Positions 1 through 8,970 are shown, numbered from the stretch's first letter. The stretch is 64,000 nucleotides of DNA from Minisyncoccota bacterium (GCA_965204115.1 OZ241963.1:306489-370488), one strand, 5' to 3'. The notes: generated from the sequence alone by a model not told the origin. Translations and numbers: made by a program.

Positions 1-1211
1 GGTATGCCGTACTTGAATGCCTGTAAATAGAACCCGAACTCTTTTTCCGGCTCTATGTCCGGCAGCTTTTCTTTTATTTTTCGTATCAATTCATCATACT
101 CGTGTACCCGCTGCCCTCCGCTGGTTATTTCTACCCCGCGAAAGAGGAGATCAAAGCTTTTCGTATACCCCGGATCGTCCGCATCATCGTAGGTGTACCA
201 CGGTCGCTTTTCGGTCGGGTAGTGGGTGACGAATATGCAGTCGGATCCGTGCTCTTTCAGTGCGTACTCGCATAATTGCCGCTCGTGCTCCGGCGACAGG
301 TCCGGCTCGCCGACGCAGTCGTCTCCGAATTCTTTTTTAATTATCTCCTGCGCCTCAACCAACTTCACTATTGGAAACGGCTTTTCGGGGAATGTCGGCA
401 GCGTCGCCCCTAACACCTCAATTTCCCGCTTTGCTTTCTCCGCCACGGTGGCAACCATGTGCCGCACAACTCCCTCCAGCATACTGGTCACATCAGTGTG
501 GTCAGTGATGTATCCCATCTCAAAATCCATACTGGTGTACTCGTTCAAATGCCGTGAGGTGCTGTGCTTCTCCGCGCGAAACACATTCCCGATACAAAAT
601 GCCCGCTCAAATACACCGACCATTATCTGCTTATACAACTGCGGACTCGTCGCCAGTGACGCTTTTATATCAAAATAATCAACCGGGAACACTTCCGCGC
701 CGCCCTCCGCATCACCCCCGACAATCTTCGGTGCCTGGAATTCAACAAACCCCTGTGAAGTCAGGTAGTCACGAAACCCCTGCGCGATTAGTGCCTGCAC
801 CCGAAACACCGCACGGTCATCCGCTCGGCGCAAAGTCAGCGGACGATAATCAAACCGCGTATCCAGATTCAAATCCGCCATCTCTAAATCAAACGGCAAT
901 TCCTGCGCCTGCGCCAACACTTCTAATCCATCAACCACAAATTCAATATCTCCATTCAGCCCCTCGGTACGATTCTTCTCCGGTCGCTCCTGCGCCTTCC
1001 CCGTTATCCGCAGCACACTCTCCGGCGACAACTTCTGCGCTTCTGCGAACATGCTATGTGACCCCGGCATAAAACACTGCACTGACCCTGTCCGATCATA
1101 TAAATCAATAAATAGCAGTTTCCCATGATCCCGCACCGCCGCAATTTTTCCGCTGATGCACACCCCCTGCTCCTTATGATCGCTAAGTTTTTCTATTAAA
1201 TGTCGCTCCAT
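1..1211 (-). CDS. aspS: aspartyl-tRNA synthetase, class IIb archaeal/short type; C-terminal end runs off the window start
   Basis: Minus-strand translation from ATG (rc of 1209-1211) reads MERHLIEKLSDHKEQGVCISGKIAAVRDHGKLLFIDLYDRTG, an OB-fold anticodon-binding N-terminus. The C-terminal part shows class II motif 3 region FGFYLQAFKYGIP and GGQRVH. Not in the ORF track because it is open at the window edge. Confidence 0.8.
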   Translation of the reverse strand, partial: MERHLIEKLSDHKEQGVCISGKIAAVRDHGKLLFIDLYDRTGSVQCFMPGSHSMFAEAQKLSPESVLRITGKAQERPEKNRTEGLNGDIEFVVDGLEVLAQAQELPFDLEMADLNLDTRFDYRPLTLRRADDRAVFRVQALIAQGFRDYLTSQGFVEFQAPKIVGGDAEGGAEVFPVDYFDIKASLATSPQLYKQIMVGVFERAFCIGNVFRAEKHSTSRHLNEYTSMDFEMGYITDHTDVTSMLEGVVRHMVATVAEKAKREIEVLGATLPTFPEKPFPIVKLVEAQEIIKKEFGDDCVGEPDLSPEHERQLCEYALKEHGSDCIFVTHYPTEKRPWYTYDDADDPGYTKSFDLLFRGVEITSGGQRVHEYDELIRKIKEKLPDIEPEKEFGFYLQAFKYGI

Positions 1212-1332
1212 AACACAAATAATATACCTTTATAATGATAGGATTAGTATACCACACCCCTCTGTGCTGACAGCACAGCAATGAGCTGTATACAAACCCC
1301 TTCCTCTTGTAAAAATACAAGTATTTTCTACT

Positions 1333-1352
1333 TGCGGAGAGGGAGGGATTCG
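1333..1352. repeat. 20-bp direct repeat copying the 3' end of tRNA-Ser (tgcggagagggagggattcg)
   Basis: Identical 20-mer at 1333-1352 and 1559-1578; the second copy is the 3' acceptor/T-arm end of the tRNA-Ser gene. Confidence 0.8.
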
Positions 1353-1560
1353 GCGTCGAGTTTCTAAGCTCGCTATCGCTCGCTAAGAACTCCCTGCCCG
1401 GGCTCGGCGACAATTTCGCTCCACTGCGTTCCGCGAAATCGTAGACCGCCTGCGCCTTTCGAATCCCAACGCAATGCGAAATACTATTCGCATTGCTCCC
1501 TACTCGCAGTGCAAATTCAATTGCACTGCTCCTGCCCAGGCTCAGCGACAACTCTAACTG

Positions 1561-1649
1561 CGGAGAGGGAGGGATTCGAACCCTCGGTGCGGGGTGAACC
1601 GCACACTCGTACTCCAAACGAGCGCCTTCGACCACTCAGCCACCTCTCC
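1561..1649 (-). tRNA. tRNA-Ser (anticodon GGA)
   Basis: The reverse complement gives GGAGAGGTGGCTGAGTGGTCGAAGGCGCTCGTTTGGAGTACGAG...GGTTCGAATCCCTCCCTCTCCG. It has a 7-bp acceptor stem, an anticodon stem CTCGT/ACGAG with loop TTGGAGT (anticodon GGA), a long variable arm GTGCGG-TTCACC-CCGCAC, and a T-arm GAGGG-TTCGAAT-CCCTC. No CCA is encoded. Confidence 0.85.
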
Positions 1650-1692
1650 TATACCTACACCATACCACAGGACAAGTGTCGGCTGATAGTAT

Positions 1693-2088
1693 TTAATCAA
1701 AGTCAATGACTTCCTCTTTTTTTCCGCTGTTTTGCCGGTCAAGGTAGCTTTGCAGGATGATTGCTGCCGCCTCGGCATCAGTGCCTTTTCCGAGCCGCTC
1801 TGCTGCCTGTGTGGAGAATTGCTCCGGCTCAAACACCACCTTTACCTGCTCCCGCAGTGCTTTGGCGATTTTTTGCACTTCTTTCATAATCGGGTTATCC
1901 GCACCGTCCAGATCAACCGACTCACCAAATACCGCTGTTTCAATGTTGCGTTCGGCGAGGAGTGCTAATAGGTATTCGGTACACTCTTTTCGTTCTATCA
2001 CTGTGAGCGGGAATGCCATTGATCCGCCATCGTCAGACACTGCCACCCCCACTCGTTCTTGTCCTACATCAATACCGAGGCACTTCAT
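1693..2088 (-). CDS. ruvX: YqgF/RuvX putative Holliday junction resolvase / pre-16S rRNA nuclease
   Basis: N-terminus MKCLGIDVGQERVGVAVSD is typical of the YqgF family; 131 aa. Confidence 0.8.
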   Translation of the reverse strand: MKCLGIDVGQERVGVAVSDDGGSMAFPLTVIERKECTEYLLALLAERNIETAVFGESVDLDGADNPIMKEVQKIAKALREQVKVVFEPEQFSTQAAERLGKGTDAEAAAIILQSYLDRQNSGKKEEVIDFD

Positions 2089-2105
2089 ACACTCTGGTTG
2101 CGTTC

Positions 2106-2714
2106 TTAACCTTTGCTTGAGACCCTTCTGCGGTAGAAATCAGCCAAAAAGATTCCCTGCGTGAACTGGAGCGCAGGAATACCGATTATAACGAGGCACA
2201 TCACAGCAAAAATCAAGGCAAGCGCTATTGACTTCAGTATAGTGATAAGATAGTCACCGATGTGTGTAAATACCGGTTTTAGAACCTTAACATCAAATGA
2301 TGCAGCGACGGTCTCATGCTGCATAAAGTTTATCATAAGTATCGGAAATACAAAAATCATCAGTATCGCAGTGATGACACCTCCGGCAGTTCCCAGATAT
2401 GCTAGTGCAAGGTAGATGATAGAAATCACAATCATCAGCGGAATAATCTTCAGAAACATAAAAAAGCCGAGCTTTAGATTCTTGCCAAAATGAAACTTCG
2501 GTAGCTGCCTATATTCACCTCTAATAAATTTTTGTGTAATCCATACGCCGTACCCATATATTGCAAATGATCCGACAATCGGTACGAATACCCATAAGAT
2601 ATTAAATATGCGGGAAAATTTTCTGAAAGGATAGGTAAATGCCTGCCCAAAATGAATTTTCTCCGCTGCTGTGCTACCGGAGGTGTTTTGATATTGTTGC
2701 GTGTCCATGTTCAT
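2106..2714 (-). CDS. hypothetical polytopic membrane protein
   Basis: 202 aa with about 5 hydrophobic helices. An extended -10 TGGTATACT lies upstream at 2747-2755 (minus). Confidence 0.5.
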   Translation of the reverse strand: MNMDTQQYQNTSGSTAAEKIHFGQAFTYPFRKFSRIFNILWVFVPIVGSFAIYGYGVWITQKFIRGEYRQLPKFHFGKNLKLGFFMFLKIIPLMIVISIIYLALAYLGTAGGVITAILMIFVFPILMINFMQHETVAASFDVKVLKPVFTHIGDYLITILKSIALALIFAVMCLVIIGIPALQFTQGIFLADFYRRRVSSKG

Positions 2715-2885
2715 AAAGGAGTAGTTATAGTATTAATACATTGAGAGTATACCATAACAATTCCCGTTGTAAGACACACTCATACTAATCCACATAATCC
2801 ACTATCATAGCCGGAAAAATAGCGTTATTCTGCTAAAAATCAGCACTATACTACTATAAGAATCTAATGCAAGGAGAGTATTGCG

Positions 2886-3287
2886 ATGAAAGTTGAAAGG
2901 CGCGATGGCGTACTGATGAATTGTGGGAATCAGGTTGAGCTGGTGCTTATATCTATTACCGATATCGATGAAATTGGCGAAGATTCGTTTGCAGGAGATT
3001 TTTTTAAGGAGATTGAAGAAATCTCTTTTAAAGAGTCTGTAAGTATAGTGCTGCTGCACATTAGATCAAGCAATGGTGAGGCTGCTTTCATAACAGCGCT
3101 GGCACTTGATAGGATTCAGGTATATGCAAAGAAGTGCGGGAGGCATGACATTTGCGTGTGTCTTCACAGACCAAGCGCACAAGAATTCAGGAGTGCGAAT
3201 TACTGGACAAAGAGTTTCAGTATTTCCTATGAAAAAATATGCCTGAGAGAAGGAGTGCTTGCGGATGTTGTCGCAGTAAGCGGCTAA
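2886..3287 (+). CDS. hypothetical small protein, possibly STAS-like
   Basis: 133-aa ORF preceded by AAGGAGAG 8-9 nt upstream of ATG, which is rare in this window. Weak resemblance to SpoIIAA/STAS (VLLHI..SNGEAAFITALAL..IQVYAKKCG). Confidence 0.3.
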   Translation: MKVERRDGVLMNCGNQVELVLISITDIDEIGEDSFAGDFFKEIEEISFKESVSIVLLHIRSSNGEAAFITALALDRIQVYAKKCGRHDICVCLHRPSAQEFRSANYWTKSFSISYEKICLREGVLADVVAVSG

Positions 3288-3387
3288 ATTAGCAATGTTC
3301 CATACCTTACAATAAAAACCTTGTCAAACTAACCGTTGGCAGGGTTTTCATTTTGATTAGGTCACTGTGCTCCGCATCAAAACTATG

Positions 3388-4257
3388 CTATTCTCCCCCT
3401 TTGTTTGCAATAGATTGGAATGCTTTCAGGATTTCAACCGGGATAGCGAAGATGACGGTATTTGACTGATCGGAACTGAGGTCGTTGAGGGAATGGAGGG
3501 TGCGGAGGTGCAGCGATCCCTCTGACGCGGCAAGGATGGACGCGGCATCTGCGAGATTTTTTGAGGCAATTTTCTCACCCTCTGCCTTGATAATGACAGC
3601 GCGGCGCTCCCGCTCTGCTTCTGCCTCTCTCGCAAGAGTGCGCTTCATATCAGCCGGTAACTCAATGTGTTTCAAATCAACCGACTGCACTTTCACTCCC
3701 CATTTATCAGATGCGACATCAACAATTTTTTGTATCCGTTGCGACACCTCATCCCGCTTGGTCAGCAGCTCATCCAGCGTCACTTCGCCGACCACATCCC
3801 GCATCGTTGTCTGCGCTAATTGTGAAGTTGCCCGCGCGAAGTTCTCAACCTTCAGCACCGCCTTTTCAGCTGATTCAATATAAAAATACAGCACCGCGTT
3901 CACATTGATACTCACATTATCTTTCGTGATACAATCCTGATCCGGCACATCCACCACCTTGATACGCATATCAATAACGGTCATCTGCTGCACCCCGGGA
4001 AACACCCATCGCAGACCGGGTTGTCGCATGCCGGTATACTTTCCAAAAGTCAGTACCACCCCATTTTCATATTGATTAATGATATGCAATCCATACAGCA
4101 AAAAAGCAGTCAGTATTGCCGCCAGTACGCCGGCAACTTCGTTGGACAGCAGGCTGATTAGCAGGTAGGCAATTCCGGCACCAACTACTACAAATACCTG
4201 CCGTACAATCGCGGACTTTGCCACTTCCATACTTTGCTCTATTTCACTATCATTCAT
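3388..4257 (-). CDS. SPFH/band 7 (stomatin/prohibitin-like) membrane protein
   Basis: An N-terminal TM helix, then an SPFH core (VVLTFGKYTGMRQPGLRWVFPGVQQMTVIDMRIKVVDVP...) and a coiled-coil (REAEAERERRAVIIKAEGEKIASKN). The longest ORF extends to 4278; the likely start is MNDSEI at 4257. Confidence 0.8.
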   Translation of the reverse strand: MNDSEIEQSMEVAKSAIVRQVFVVVGAGIAYLLISLLSNEVAGVLAAILTAFLLYGLHIINQYENGVVLTFGKYTGMRQPGLRWVFPGVQQMTVIDMRIKVVDVPDQDCITKDNVSINVNAVLYFYIESAEKAVLKVENFARATSQLAQTTMRDVVGEVTLDELLTKRDEVSQRIQKIVDVASDKWGVKVQSVDLKHIELPADMKRTLAREAEAERERRAVIIKAEGEKIASKNLADAASILAASEGSLHLRTLHSLNDLSSDQSNTVIFAIPVEILKAFQSIANKGGE

Positions 4258-4295
4258 TGCTCTTAGTGTATCACACAATACATCTCACCGCCCTC

Positions 4296-5288
4296 CTACA
4301 ATACCCCAAGTATTTGTTTTACCTTTGTCAGCCGCTTAGTGAAGAGGGTGTCTAGTTTTTTTCGGTCGTGTGCCAGTATTTTTTCAAGATATTTTGTATC
4401 GTTGCTGATTTTTTCATATGTTTCCCGTGCGTCTTTGAAGTATGTGAGGTATTGCTCCGCCAGCAATTCTTTCAGTTCTTTGTAGGTGATGTCTCCCTTG
4501 CTGCAGCGATTGACCACCGTACCGTATTCCTCGCGGGGCATTATTTTTTCAAGATATGTGCACGGCAGACAGGTTTCCACATTGATCGGTTCGCCCTTTG
4601 GTGTTGAGTCGGTAACAATACTCATTATTCGTTTGCGCAGCTCTGCCTCATCGGCAAAAATCGGCAGCGTGTTCCCTTTTGACTTGCTCATCTTCTCGCC
4701 GTCTAAACCGGGGATGACTGCAACCTCTTTCTGTATCTGTTCCTGAGGTTCCGTAAAGCACACTTCACGCGCGGTGTGGTTAAATTTACGTGCCATCTCT
4801 CGTGCCATCTCCACATGCTGCGCCTGATCCTGCCCTACCGGCACCACCTCAGCGTCGGCAATTAAAATATCCGCCGCCATGAGCGCAGGGTACAGAAATA
4901 CTCCCAATCCGACATTCTGCTTTTCCTGCGCCGCATCCTTATACGCGTGCCCGATGGTCAAAAAATTATGTTTCAGCATACACGCAATGATCCACATCAA
5001 CTCGGTTACCTGCGGAAAATCCGATTGCCGATATACCATTGACTTTTTTGGATCTATCCCCAGTGCGATGCTTGCTGCGAGTAAGTGCCGGCTGTTTTTT
5101 GATCGCTCTGCGGCACTTTGCGGCGCCTGCTCATCACTTAAGTCTGTCAATGCATGCAGATCAGCGATGAAAAAATACAATTCGCCGGCATCCTGTGCCT
5201 CTACCATTTGCCGTACTGCGCCGAAATAGTTCCCTATATGCAAATCTCCCGTCGGCTGCAGCCCTGTCAAAATCCGTTTTTTAGCCAT
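4296..5288 (-). CDS. trpS: tryptophanyl-tRNA synthetase
   Basis: TGLQPTGDLHIGNY (HIGH region) and KMSKS motif; 330 aa. Confidence 0.9.
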   Translation of the reverse strand: MAKKRILTGLQPTGDLHIGNYFGAVRQMVEAQDAGELYFFIADLHALTDLSDEQAPQSAAERSKNSRHLLAASIALGIDPKKSMVYRQSDFPQVTELMWIIACMLKHNFLTIGHAYKDAAQEKQNVGLGVFLYPALMAADILIADAEVVPVGQDQAQHVEMAREMARKFNHTAREVCFTEPQEQIQKEVAVIPGLDGEKMSKSKGNTLPIFADEAELRKRIMSIVTDSTPKGEPINVETCLPCTYLEKIMPREEYGTVVNRCSKGDITYKELKELLAEQYLTYFKDARETYEKISNDTKYLEKILAHDRKKLDTLFTKRLTKVKQILGVL

Positions 5289-5297
5289 AGTGTACTC

Positions 5298-5306
5298 AGT
5301 ATACCA
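5298..5306 (-). promoter_or_regulatory. extended -10 promoter element TGGTATACT, 9 nt upstream of the trpS ATG (leaderless-type)
   Basis: Minus strand reads GGTGGTATACTGAGTACACTATG. The same motif and spacing recur at many starts in the window. Confidence 0.45.
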
Positions 5307-5313
5307 CCTTCAG

Positions 5314-7644
5314 TTACCTAATCCTCAGCACTTCCTCTGCGACATAGGCACCCTCTTCGGTGTTGGCGATTGCGCGGATGGTAACTTCTCGTTCGTTTTT
5401 GTCCAGTAACTTACTCGGGTCAAAGCTGAGCAGCGGGAGGTGTGATGATCCAATGAGGATGCTGTTGACATAGAATTCGTACTGGACATTTCGCACCGGC
5501 AACTTTGACAGGACGATAGTGGTGATCTCATCCAGATAGACGGTTGACCGAGGTGCTTTGATGGAAAAGTTTTTTTCAGTGTTTCCTCCGTTGAAGTCGT
5601 AATCGCCCTCTATCTCATTTTCCTCCAGCCAATTCTGCACGCCGTATTCCCAATACTCGTATTGCGGATCCTCTAAAGGATCATGCGGGCTTTGTGTCGG
5701 TCTGTCTCGCCGGATGTAATGCAGTATTGTGTGTGGGTCATCGGCGTCTATCCTGCCGAGTACTATTTCCGGAGACAGTTCCGGCGGAATAGTATTTCGT
5801 GTAAAGTATGACCCCGGCTCTCCATATTGCCCGGATACTGTTGTAACTATCTGCCTGAGTAGTGGCGCGAGATAAAACCCTGCAGCGTTGTTTTCCAGCG
5901 GTGTGTTATCCGAATTACCCGCCCATATCAGTACGACAATATCGGGAGAATATCCGACTATCCAAATATCACGAGAGTTGTTTGTTGTTCCGGTTTTCAC
6001 CGCGGTCGGCGGGTCGGTTATGTACATCGCTGAACCTCTGCCAAACACCGGCGCTCGCGCATCATCATCAAAGAGCATGTCGGTGATGTCTTGTGCTACA
6101 TTTCGTGCTAATACTCGCTTTTCTGCTTCCTTTTCTCCGTACTTCCATACATACGGCACCAGCACACCTTCGTTTGCAAATACACCATACGCCTGTGCCA
6201 TCTCCAGTGGTGATACTTCCGCACCGCCGAGCACTAAGCTTAGTCCATAGTGATTTTGTCCGTGTATCAGCGAGGTGATACCCATTTTCTTTGCCTGCCG
6301 AATCACCTCCGGCACATCCGCGAGATATAGTACCTTCACGGCCGGCACATTGATAGATTGCGCGAGCGCGTTCCGCAGTGATATCGGCCCGACAAAATTC
6401 CCGGTGTAGTTAATGGGTGAGTAACAGCCGCTTTTGGTGCTTTCAAACTGATCTTTTTCACAGAATGCGGTAAACTGTGTCGGCACATCGTATACAATTG
6501 TCCGCGGTGTGAGCCCTTTCTCAATCGCCTTGGCGTACGCTATCGGCTTGAACGTTGATCCCGGCTGCCGAAGCGAGGTGATGATGTTCACCCGCCCATC
6601 CACGGTATTGTCAAAAAAGTCCCGTGACCCGACCATAGAAAGAATCTCACCTGTTTTTGCTGAAAGCACAACGGACGCTATGTTGCTAACCTCAAACTGC
6701 TCTTCCAGATTTGTTTCTATAAATTCCCGCATCATCTTCTCAACCTCCTCCTGCAGTGCGACATCAATAGTTGTCTTGATCTGCTGCCCTTCAATATTTT
6801 TTAGTCCGGCACCATGCTCTTTCTCTAACTGCTCTTTTACGAAGAACACAAAATGCGGCGCGCGAATAGAAAAAGTGTCTTGGCTCTGAAAGTATACCTC
6901 CTCCGCCCGTGCCGCGCGATACTCATCCCTTGTTATGAGGTTGTGTCTCAGCATTAATTGTAGCACCTGATTTTTCCGCGCTTCAAGTGCTTTTCTGTTC
7001 CGCCCGTACGGCGAGTAGTAGGTCGGCGCTTTTGGAATTGCCGCGAGGTATGCTGACTCCGCAATCGTCAGCTCGCTCGCCTTTTTCCCGTAGAATGATT
7101 TGCTCGCTTCTGCCACTCCATAGGAGACACCGCCGTAGGATATGGTGTTGAGGTACATTTCAAGAATCTCCTCTTTCCCCAGCTGTTGCTCCAGTTTTAT
7201 CGCCAGCAGAAACTCTTTCATCTTTCGCTCTATCTTTTTCTCGGTGGTAAGAAACACATTTTTAACTACCTGCTGCGTGATCGTTGACCCACCCTGACTA
7301 AAGGACAGTGTGCGGATATTGTTGATGAGTGCGCGCAAAAACGCGTCAATACGAATGCCGTTATGCTCAAAAAACAGGTGGTCCTCTATTGCGATGGTCG
7401 CCTCAATCACATGCTCTGATATTTCCCCGTACGGCACAAAAGTCCGCTTCTCGTTAACAGAAAAATCAAACAAGAATTCGTCGTTCCGGTCGGTGAGTAT
7501 GACGGACTGCTTAGACGCGACATTGCGTATATCCACACCGGGCAATGGAGTAAATGTGTAGAATAGTGTTACATACCCCGCAGTAAAAAATGCCGCCGAC
7601 AGCGACAGGAGAGCGACATTTTTAATAGTGAGAAACTTTTTCAC
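5314..7644 (-). CDS. class A penicillin-binding protein (bifunctional transglycosylase/transpeptidase, PBP1A-like)
   Basis: An N-terminal TM anchor, a GT51 motif region (EDHLFFEHNGIRIDAFLRALINN, GGSTITQQVVKN), and a transpeptidase domain with STFKP and KTGT motifs. Confidence 0.9.
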   Translation of the reverse strand: MKKFLTIKNVALLSLSAAFFTAGYVTLFYTFTPLPGVDIRNVASKQSVILTDRNDEFLFDFSVNEKRTFVPYGEISEHVIEATIAIEDHLFFEHNGIRIDAFLRALINNIRTLSFSQGGSTITQQVVKNVFLTTEKKIERKMKEFLLAIKLEQQLGKEEILEMYLNTISYGGVSYGVAEASKSFYGKKASELTIAESAYLAAIPKAPTYYSPYGRNRKALEARKNQVLQLMLRHNLITRDEYRAARAEEVYFQSQDTFSIRAPHFVFFVKEQLEKEHGAGLKNIEGQQIKTTIDVALQEEVEKMMREFIETNLEEQFEVSNIASVVLSAKTGEILSMVGSRDFFDNTVDGRVNIITSLRQPGSTFKPIAYAKAIEKGLTPRTIVYDVPTQFTAFCEKDQFESTKSGCYSPINYTGNFVGPISLRNALAQSINVPAVKVLYLADVPEVIRQAKKMGITSLIHGQNHYGLSLVLGGAEVSPLEMAQAYGVFANEGVLVPYVWKYGEKEAEKRVLARNVAQDITDMLFDDDARAPVFGRGSAMYITDPPTAVKTGTTNNSRDIWIVGYSPDIVVLIWAGNSDNTPLENNAAGFYLAPLLRQIVTTVSGQYGEPGSYFTRNTIPPELSPEIVLGRIDADDPHTILHYIRRDRPTQSPHDPLEDPQYEYWEYGVQNWLEENEIEGDYDFNGGNTEKNFSIKAPRSTVYLDEITTIVLSKLPVRNVQYEFYVNSILIGSSHLPLLSFDPSKLLDKNEREVTIRAIANTEEGAYVAEEVLRIR

Positions 7645-7665
7645 AATACTAACAGGATACTCTAT

Positions 7666-8154
7666 TTATGACTGATGGGAAAGCAGTGGTGCGGATACGA
7701 GATGGGTAATGCCGACGGCGATAGCGTCATACTCATCATCGTGCCGCTTCTTGTGATCGAGAGCAATTAGTCGCGGCACCATGCGGATCATGTCTTGCTT
7801 GCCGGCATTGCCATTGCCGGTAATCGCACTTTTCACCTGATTCGGCGTGTATTCAGCGACTGACAAATTGCACTCTTTAGCCGTGTAGATGCATACTCCG
7901 CGAACCTCTGCTGTTTGCAGGGCGGTTTTCTTATTTTTCGCAAAAAATAGCCGCTCTATTGCCATGCAGTCCGGCTGATAGGTTTGTATGATGTTTTGCT
8001 CCCGGTCACCGACCTGCGTTAACCGCTCCTCAAACAGCAAATCTTTCTCTGTCTCAAAACACTCTGAAAATAACAGATTGGTTTTCCCACCTTCTTTTGT
8101 CAACACGGCAAAGCCAATGCGTCCGTATCCTGGGTCTATGGCGAGTACCTTCAT
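7666..8154 (-). CDS. ruvC: crossover junction endodeoxyribonuclease RuvC
   Basis: MKVLAIDPGYGRIGFAVL N-terminus (RuvC catalytic Asp); 162 aa. Confidence 0.9.
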   Translation of the reverse strand: MKVLAIDPGYGRIGFAVLTKEGGKTNLLFSECFETEKDLLFEERLTQVGDREQNIIQTYQPDCMAIERLFFAKNKKTALQTAEVRGVCIYTAKECNLSVAEYTPNQVKSAITGNGNAGKQDMIRMVPRLIALDHKKRHDDEYDAIAVGITHLVSAPLLSHQS

Positions 8155-8155
8155 A

Positions 8156-8686
8156 CTATGCTCTGTTGGTGAGTATTTCCTGCGTGTCCTCCTGCTCTTC
8201 TAATGCGGCAACTAATGCATTCAGTTTTGCCATATCCTCCTCTGACAGTGGCACCGTAGTATTCGGCACAAGTTGCTCCCCCTGCTTTTCAAACACCCAT
8301 GCCGCTGACCCCGGCGTGCCGACAGTATACCCATTTTTCGTAACAATGTGCCGAATTTCTGCCGCCGTACGGTTCTTACTGTCCGTTAGGGTGTTGATCA
8401 GTATAGCGCACCCACCCGGACCATACATCTCATAGGTTATCGCCTCCAGTGACTCCGCGTCGCTTTCACTTCCCCGTGCGATTGCCCGATCAATATTTTG
8501 TGCCGGCATGTTTGCCGCTTTTGCCTGCTCAATCGCTGACTTTAATGAAGGACTGCTCCGATCCCCGCCACATTTCTTAGACTCAACCGTCAGCAGTTTT
8601 GCCAACTTACTAAACACCTTACTCTTCTGCGCATCAGTCCCCGCTTTCTTATGCTTAATTTTTGACCACTTATTATGCCCGGCCAT
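8156..8686 (-). CDS. yebC: YebC/PmpR family DNA-binding transcriptional regulator (short form)
   Basis: MAGHNKWSKIKHKKAGTDAQKSKVFSKLAK is the family signature. The -10 TATACT sits 9 nt upstream (8696-8704). Confidence 0.85.
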   Translation of the reverse strand: MAGHNKWSKIKHKKAGTDAQKSKVFSKLAKLLTVESKKCGGDRSSPSLKSAIEQAKAANMPAQNIDRAIARGSESDAESLEAITYEMYGPGGCAILINTLTDSKNRTAAEIRHIVTKNGYTVGTPGSAAWVFEKQGEQLVPNTTVPLSEEDMAKLNALVAALEEQEDTQEILTNRA

Positions 8687-8727
8687 AGTAGTATTAGTAT
8701 ACCAATAAAACCATTTTTTGTTAGAGT

Positions 8728-8800
8728 GATTGCAGGTAGGCGATGCCTTTCTCAGTGATGCTCCGTCCTCGCGGTGTTCGCTTTATAAATCCTGCTTGTA
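8728..8800 (-). pseudogene. diverged duplicate of the ruvB 3' end (encodes ...LLLQAGFIKRTPRGRSITEKGIAYLQSL*)
   Basis: The C-terminal 24 aa are 23/24 identical to the genuine RuvB C-terminus at 8971-9053, but about 17 of 24 codons differ at synonymous positions. It lies inside the 63-aa ORF 8721-8912. Confidence 0.6.
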
Positions 8801-8811
8801 GGAGCAAAGCA

Positions 8812-8919
8812 ACTAGTATGTTGCTTTGCGAGTAAGGTGCGACTGTCAAGTCGCACACTAAAATGACTAGTATGTTGCTTTGCGAGTAATGTGCGACTGT
8901 CAAGTCGCACACTAAAATG
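8812..8919. repeat. two tandem 54-bp direct repeats, each carrying the palindrome GTGCGACTGTCAAGTCGCAC
   Basis: Units 8812-8865 and 8866-8919 differ by 1 nt. A further palindrome GGTGTGCAATACAATGCACACC lies at 8942-8962. Confidence 0.85.
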
Positions 8920-8970
8920 AATTACATTTCTCTTCACGAGTAGGTGTGCATTGTATTGCACACCGCAGGT

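Noticed and set aside
226-1072. Plus-strand ORFs 226-678 and 554-1072 (150 and 172 aa)
   Set aside because: They lie antisense to the well-supported aspS reading frame. Their translations are low-complexity (S/P/T-rich) with no motifs, typical of shadow ORFs in a GC-moderate gene.
1183-1635. Minus-strand 150-aa ORF
   Set aside because: It spans the tRNA-Ser gene and the hairpin or repeat-rich noncoding segment, and has no coding signal.
3300-3345. Imperfect inverted repeat AAAACCTTG...CAGGGTTTT between convergent genes
   Set aside because: It has one mismatch, a long loop and weak flanking T tracts. It is plausible as a bidirectional terminator but too weak to call.
8721-8961. ORFs 8721-8912 (63 aa) and 8752-8961 (69 aa) as real genes
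   Set aside because: They are generated by the duplicated ruvB 3'-end fragment and tandem repeats. They are better explained as a pseudogene fragment and repeat element than as independent proteins.
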